64,000 nucleotides of DNA from the NCBI GenBank assembly GCA_965248265.1, contig CBDFJF010000002.1:320001-384000 (forward strand), written 5' to 3'. Of the stretch, positions 59,873 to 64,000 are shown piece by piece (within the stretch, counting starts at the first letter, position 1; every line of letters starts with the position of its first letter). This DNA comes from Candidatus Latescibacterota bacterium (GTDB lineage Bacteria; Latescibacterota; UBA2968; UBA8231). Position numbers and translations under genes: made by a program. The notes beneath the pieces were generated by a model. It did not search any database. It was not told the DNA's origin and saw nothing but the letters and a program-made list of their open reading frames with translations.

Positions 59873-60844
59873 TCACAGCTCAATCGACACCTTGACCGGC
59901 TCGTCATGGCTGAGGGATCGTCTCGGCCGGCAGTGGGGTGGGTACTGCTCCAGGGCTGTTTCCCACCTGCGGGCCCACTCCTCGTAATCGTCGTAGACGG
60001 ATTCGGGGGCGGCACGGCTGCGGGTGACGAAGTCAGGATAGCACGATCGGCCTGTCGGGGTGCCCGTCCTCTGGTAACGCAGGTCCATGCTCCAGCGAAT
60101 GGCATTCGTGGTGTTGGGTCCGGATCGATGCGGCGTGAGCTTGTGCATGAGGATGATGCCGCCTCTGCGCATCGGCAACGCCACGGCCTGGCGTTCGCTC
60201 ATATGCTCATCCGACACCCCGAAACCTCCGCCCCAGTAGACGGTCTCTTCCTTGTGGACGCGAGGGAAGACTTCGAGACAGCCGTTGTCAATGGTCGAAT
60301 CCATCATGGGCAACCAAACGGTCAGGATGAAGGTCGAGTCGGCCTCTTCCAGATGCACCTGGGCGTCCTGGTGCAGGGGGGCCACGTTCTCGCGGACCCG
60401 CTGATTGTTGTCACGTCCAGCCCCCGCCTCCTGCTGTGGATGGCGCAGGGTTTCGGGCAGCTTGGCTCGCACATGCTGGATGGGGCTACAGGAGATTTCA
60501 GGACCCAGAATCCCCTCCACGGCATCCATCAAATTGTAGTTGCGAAGGAACTCAAAGATGGCACGCCCGCGCATGTGGTCGATATCGACATCGTCGTAAA
60601 TCTGTGCGCACTCAGCCGTGATGCTGGCAAGGCGGCGCCCGAAGGGTTCGTCGGCGTACAAGCGGGACAACTTGCCGGCGGCATGCAGGTCCTGCGCACG
60701 GCGGTCAATCCAGGCAGAGTACTCTTCGATGACAGGATCGATATCGTCGTCCTCGAGGACGTCCTCAAGGACCAGGTATCCGTCCGCCCAGAACTGCTCT
60801 GTCTGTTGTGAAGTCAGTTTCAATTCTTGCTCCTGTAGCGTCAC
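59873..60844 (-). CDS. Phytanoyl-CoA dioxygenase (PhyH) family
   Basis: FWADGYL, HQD, NGCL, H-R-S...RWSMDLRY. Confidence 0.9.
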   Translation of the reverse strand: MTLQEQELKLTSQQTEQFWADGYLVLEDVLEDDDIDPVIEEYSAWIDRRAQDLHAAGKLSRLYADEPFGRRLASITAECAQIYDDVDIDHMRGRAIFEFLRNYNLMDAVEGILGPEISCSPIQHVRAKLPETLRHPQQEAGAGRDNNQRVRENVAPLHQDAQVHLEEADSTFILTVWLPMMDSTIDNGCLEVFPRVHKEETVYWGGGFGVSDEHMSERQAVALPMRRGGIILMHKLTPHRSGPNTTNAIRWSMDLRYQRTGTPTGRSCYPDFVTRSRAAPESVYDDYEEWARRWETALEQYPPHCRPRRSLSHDEPVKVSIEL

Positions 60845-60959
60845 CGGCAGGAAAATATAGGTACCGCCGGTTGATGATGCCGATCATGGCGTTGACGTGT
60901 CCGCGACCAAGGCCGAGGTTGAGCCCACGCAGTCTGGCCATTCAAGCAGGAGATGATCA

Positions 60960-62027
60960 ATGAAACTCGGGATGTTCATGATGCCGGTGCACCCGCCGGA
61001 CAAGGACAGGACGAAAACCTTCGAAGAGGACACGGCCGCCATTCTGCTGGCGGAGGAGCTCGGGTTCACGGAAGCATGGATCGGGCAGCACCACACGGCA
61101 GCATGGGAGCCCGTTCCGTCGAACGACCTGTTTATCGCCAGTCTAATCCCGCAGACGACGAGCATTCGTCTGGGCACGGGCGTGTCGATTCTACCGCAAC
61201 ACCACCCGGCCAACATCGCGACAAGGCTGGCCTACCTCGACCATCTTTCTCGTGGCCGTCTCAACGTGGGCTTCGGTCAGGGTGGGGTGCCCACGGACTG
61301 GGGTCTGTTCGATCTGCCCGATCCCAAGACGCAGGGTTTGATGACACTGGAAGCCATCGACTTGATCATGTACCTGTGGCAAACGGAAGCCCCGTTCGAT
61401 TTCAAAGGAGAGTTTTGGCGTTCGAGGATCGAAGAGCCTGTTCCAGAGCTGGGTCTGGGAGAGCTACTCAGGCCGTTTCAACAGCCGCATCCGCCGATCG
61501 CCATGAGTATCGTCAAGGGGGAGTCGATGGCCGCCCACATGGCGGGAGAGAGGGGCTACATGCCGGTCAGCACTAACATCGTCCCCGGTGTCATGGTAAA
61601 ACGCCAATGGGAGGTGTATGGCGAAGGGGCGGAAAAGGCAGGCAAAGCGGCCGATCCCGCCAACTGGCGTGTATCGCGCAGCATCTACGTCGGGGAGTCT
61701 GATGCGGAGGCGCGTGAGTTTTGCCTGCAGGGGGCGTTCGCGGCTTCGCTGATGTACCTGCGCGGCATGGTGAACATAGCCGGAATACTCGAAATCATGA
61801 AAATGGATCCCAATATGTCCGACGAGGCGATCACGCCCGAATACGTCATCGACCAGATCGCCATCGTCGGTAGTCCGGACACGGTCGCGGCCAAGCTGAA
61901 CGAGTTGTATGAAATGACGGGCGGCTTTGGAACCACAGTGATGATGGCCCACGACTGGGACGACGAACCCAGGATGCGCCGGTCGATGGAGCTGATGGCG
62001 AAAGAGGTTATCCCGCAGCTGCCGTGA
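60960..62027 (+). CDS. LLM-class flavin-dependent monooxygenase
   Basis: MKLGMFMMP, AWIGQHH, IRLGTGV, LDHLSRGR, PFQQPHPP. Confidence 0.92.
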   Translation: MKLGMFMMPVHPPDKDRTKTFEEDTAAILLAEELGFTEAWIGQHHTAAWEPVPSNDLFIASLIPQTTSIRLGTGVSILPQHHPANIATRLAYLDHLSRGRLNVGFGQGGVPTDWGLFDLPDPKTQGLMTLEAIDLIMYLWQTEAPFDFKGEFWRSRIEEPVPELGLGELLRPFQQPHPPIAMSIVKGESMAAHMAGERGYMPVSTNIVPGVMVKRQWEVYGEGAEKAGKAADPANWRVSRSIYVGESDAEAREFCLQGAFAASLMYLRGMVNIAGILEIMKMDPNMSDEAITPEYVIDQIAIVGSPDTVAAKLNELYEMTGGFGTTVMMAHDWDDEPRMRRSMELMAKEVIPQLP

Positions 62028-62049
62028 GGGCAGTCGGTGGAGGTCTCGC

Positions 62050-63865
62050 TCAGCGGACGAGGAGCAGTTTCCTCAGCATCTGCCGTCCATCTGTACTGAG
62101 ACGGTAGAGGTACACGCCACTGGCCAGCGCCCGGTCATCATCGCCGCGTCCGTCCCAGCGCATGACGTAGCTGCCAGCCAGGTGTTCCCCGTTGACGAGC
62201 GTGGCCAATCGTTGTCCGGCCGTACTGTAGATTCCCAGATCGACGGTGCCAGGCTTCGCGAGCGCAAAGCGGATGACCGTTTCGCTGTTGAATGGGTTGG
62301 GGAAGTTCTGCGCCAGCTCGGACCGTTCTGGTAGGCCGACTCGATCCTCTTCGCCTACCGCCGTCTGCTGGTCAAGTTGAACCTCCAGCATTCCGTTGAG
62401 TGGATAGACCGCTCCGTCGTCGTCTTCCACCCACGCATGCAGCGGGTAGGTACCGGTCTCCAAATTCTCTGGTACCGGGAACGATCCGGAGAATACCCCG
62501 TCTCCGCTCTCCGCACCCCCTTCCGATTCATCGTCGTGCAGCTCGACGATGAATCGGTTCCCCTGGTAGATCTACTGACACGGCGACACGGCTTACCAAC
62601 TGATCGGTCCGATGCGGCAGGGGTTCTGTCCACACTTCGATCCGGGCGGTGCCACCGGCGAATACCGGCGACACCGGGGCGACATTTCTGACAGCAAAGG
62701 CGGGTTGGTCGAAGCGAAAGGCGCGCAGTCCAAGCCTGCTGTCCGCGACGTAGACGTGACCATCAGAGTGAGGGTGGGCTCCCCAGGCAAGGGTGCTGGG
62801 GTGATGGGCGACCTCGACCGGATTTTCCGGAAGCGAAATGTCGAACACACGCAGACCGGCATCGTAGTATGCCCAATACAACCAGTCGCCGAGGACGAAG
62901 GGGTTGTGAGGACCGATGGCCGGGCTCTGGAGTGGGACATCGGCCCGGAATGAGCGGACGACTTCAGGGGCAGTTGGATCGGCAGCATCGACTATATGAA
63001 GGAGACGTTGAGCCCCTCCAAATTCCTGGTTGCAGTAGACGTAGCCGTTGTGAGCCCAGGCGCTGTGGATGCCTTCGGTAAAGTGGACGGAAGACAGCGT
63101 CACCGGGTTGTCTGGGTCGGCCAGATCCAGCAACACCAGGCCACTGAACAAATCGCTGACATAGGCAATGCCGTCGTCGACGAAGACATCGTGGATTCGG
63201 TCGCTGAAAATCGACCGCTCATTCGTCCAGTTGCCCGAGATCGTCGGTTGAGACGGGTCCGTCAGATCCACAATGACGACCCCCCTGACTCGTTCATTGC
63301 TTCCGATGGGTGCCAGGTAGGCTCTGTCGTTTGCGAGGAACAGGTTGTGGATGCCCCGCCAATCCGGGTCGGACAACTCGCCGACAACCTGGGGGTTAGT
63401 GGGGTCTGAAACGTCGACGATGAGAAGACCAAATTCGGATCCCGATTTCTGCACTCCCACAACGGCCAGATCGTCATCGACCTTGACATCGACGGCAGGA
63501 CCTGACGTGGGGAGCCGCGCAACCAACTTCAGTTGATCTGGTCGTGAGATGTCGACGATGTGGAGGGCATTGGCGAAAGAGCCGACGTAGGCGTGATCAC
63601 CGCTGACGAACAAATCGGAGATGGCCAGTACGCCCACCGGAGTTTGAACCTGGGTCTCCAACTGGCCATCATCGGTGAGTTTCAGTTCATCGACCAGTTC
63701 GAGGTTGAGTGGATCGAACACCAGAGGAGATTCCGACAGATGGTCAGCGATGTACTGCAGTTTGTCTCCATCCTCGTGGGCAGGCGCCGCCTCGAGCCAC
63801 GATGGAGTTGCCACGATCGTCAGAGGCAGGGATGCTGCCAGATAGAAACGAGAAATCTTGTTCAT
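62050..63865 (-). pseudogene. Secreted LVIVD-repeat protein with C-terminal FlgD/T9SS-like sorting domain, frameshifted
   Basis: Repeated xVDxSDPxNP; after the G4 run at 62560-62563 another frame gives ELHDD...GDGVFSG then QNFPNPFNSET...ASGVYLY. Confidence 0.8.
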
Positions 63866-64000
63866 CAGCTTTCACCCAAAGCCCTTCGCACCGTGCAAAT
63901 CTATTGACGCCAACCGGGATACGCGGGTTCCGTTCACAGCTGTGCCCGGATCAATCGCTGCTACGATGAGGCCAACCGCGCGGGTTGAATCTCAGTGTTG

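Overview
GC-rich bacterial chromosomal window with no rRNA, tRNA, CRISPR array or transposase detected. Gene content (choice-of-anchor-D Ig repeats, a FlgD/T9SS-like 'QNFPNPFN' tail, PhyH, LLM, Gfo/Idh/MocA, CehA/McbA-like hydrolase, class I LysRS) suggests an FCB-group candidate lineage such as Latescibacterota; this placement is inference. About 58 CDSs: housekeeping genes (mazG, parA, rsfS, mtnA, mreD-mrdA-rodA, trxB, zapA, infA, lysS, yhbY, fxsA, comEC, eda) and many catabolic enzymes. Most interesting: (1) a regulatory block at ~3.0-9.5 kb with an accessory sigma70 factor, two divergent sensor-less sigma54 activators, two well-spaced -24/-12 promoters (one before an activator, one before a candidate ~80-nt structured RNA), an unannotated 40-aa membrane peptide and an orphan Soj lacking DNA-binding R218; (2) an unannotated leaderless uORF coupled to a small hydrophobic peptide at 19.2-19.4 kb, resembling mok/hok type I toxin-antitoxin architecture; (3) a ~180-bp nested-hairpin MITE-like element; (4) three unlinked 15-bp triplications with a shared core; (5) orphan flagellar-like genes; (6) three probable CUG starts; (7) two homopolymer frameshifts. 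All product calls come from reading motifs by eye, without database searches.
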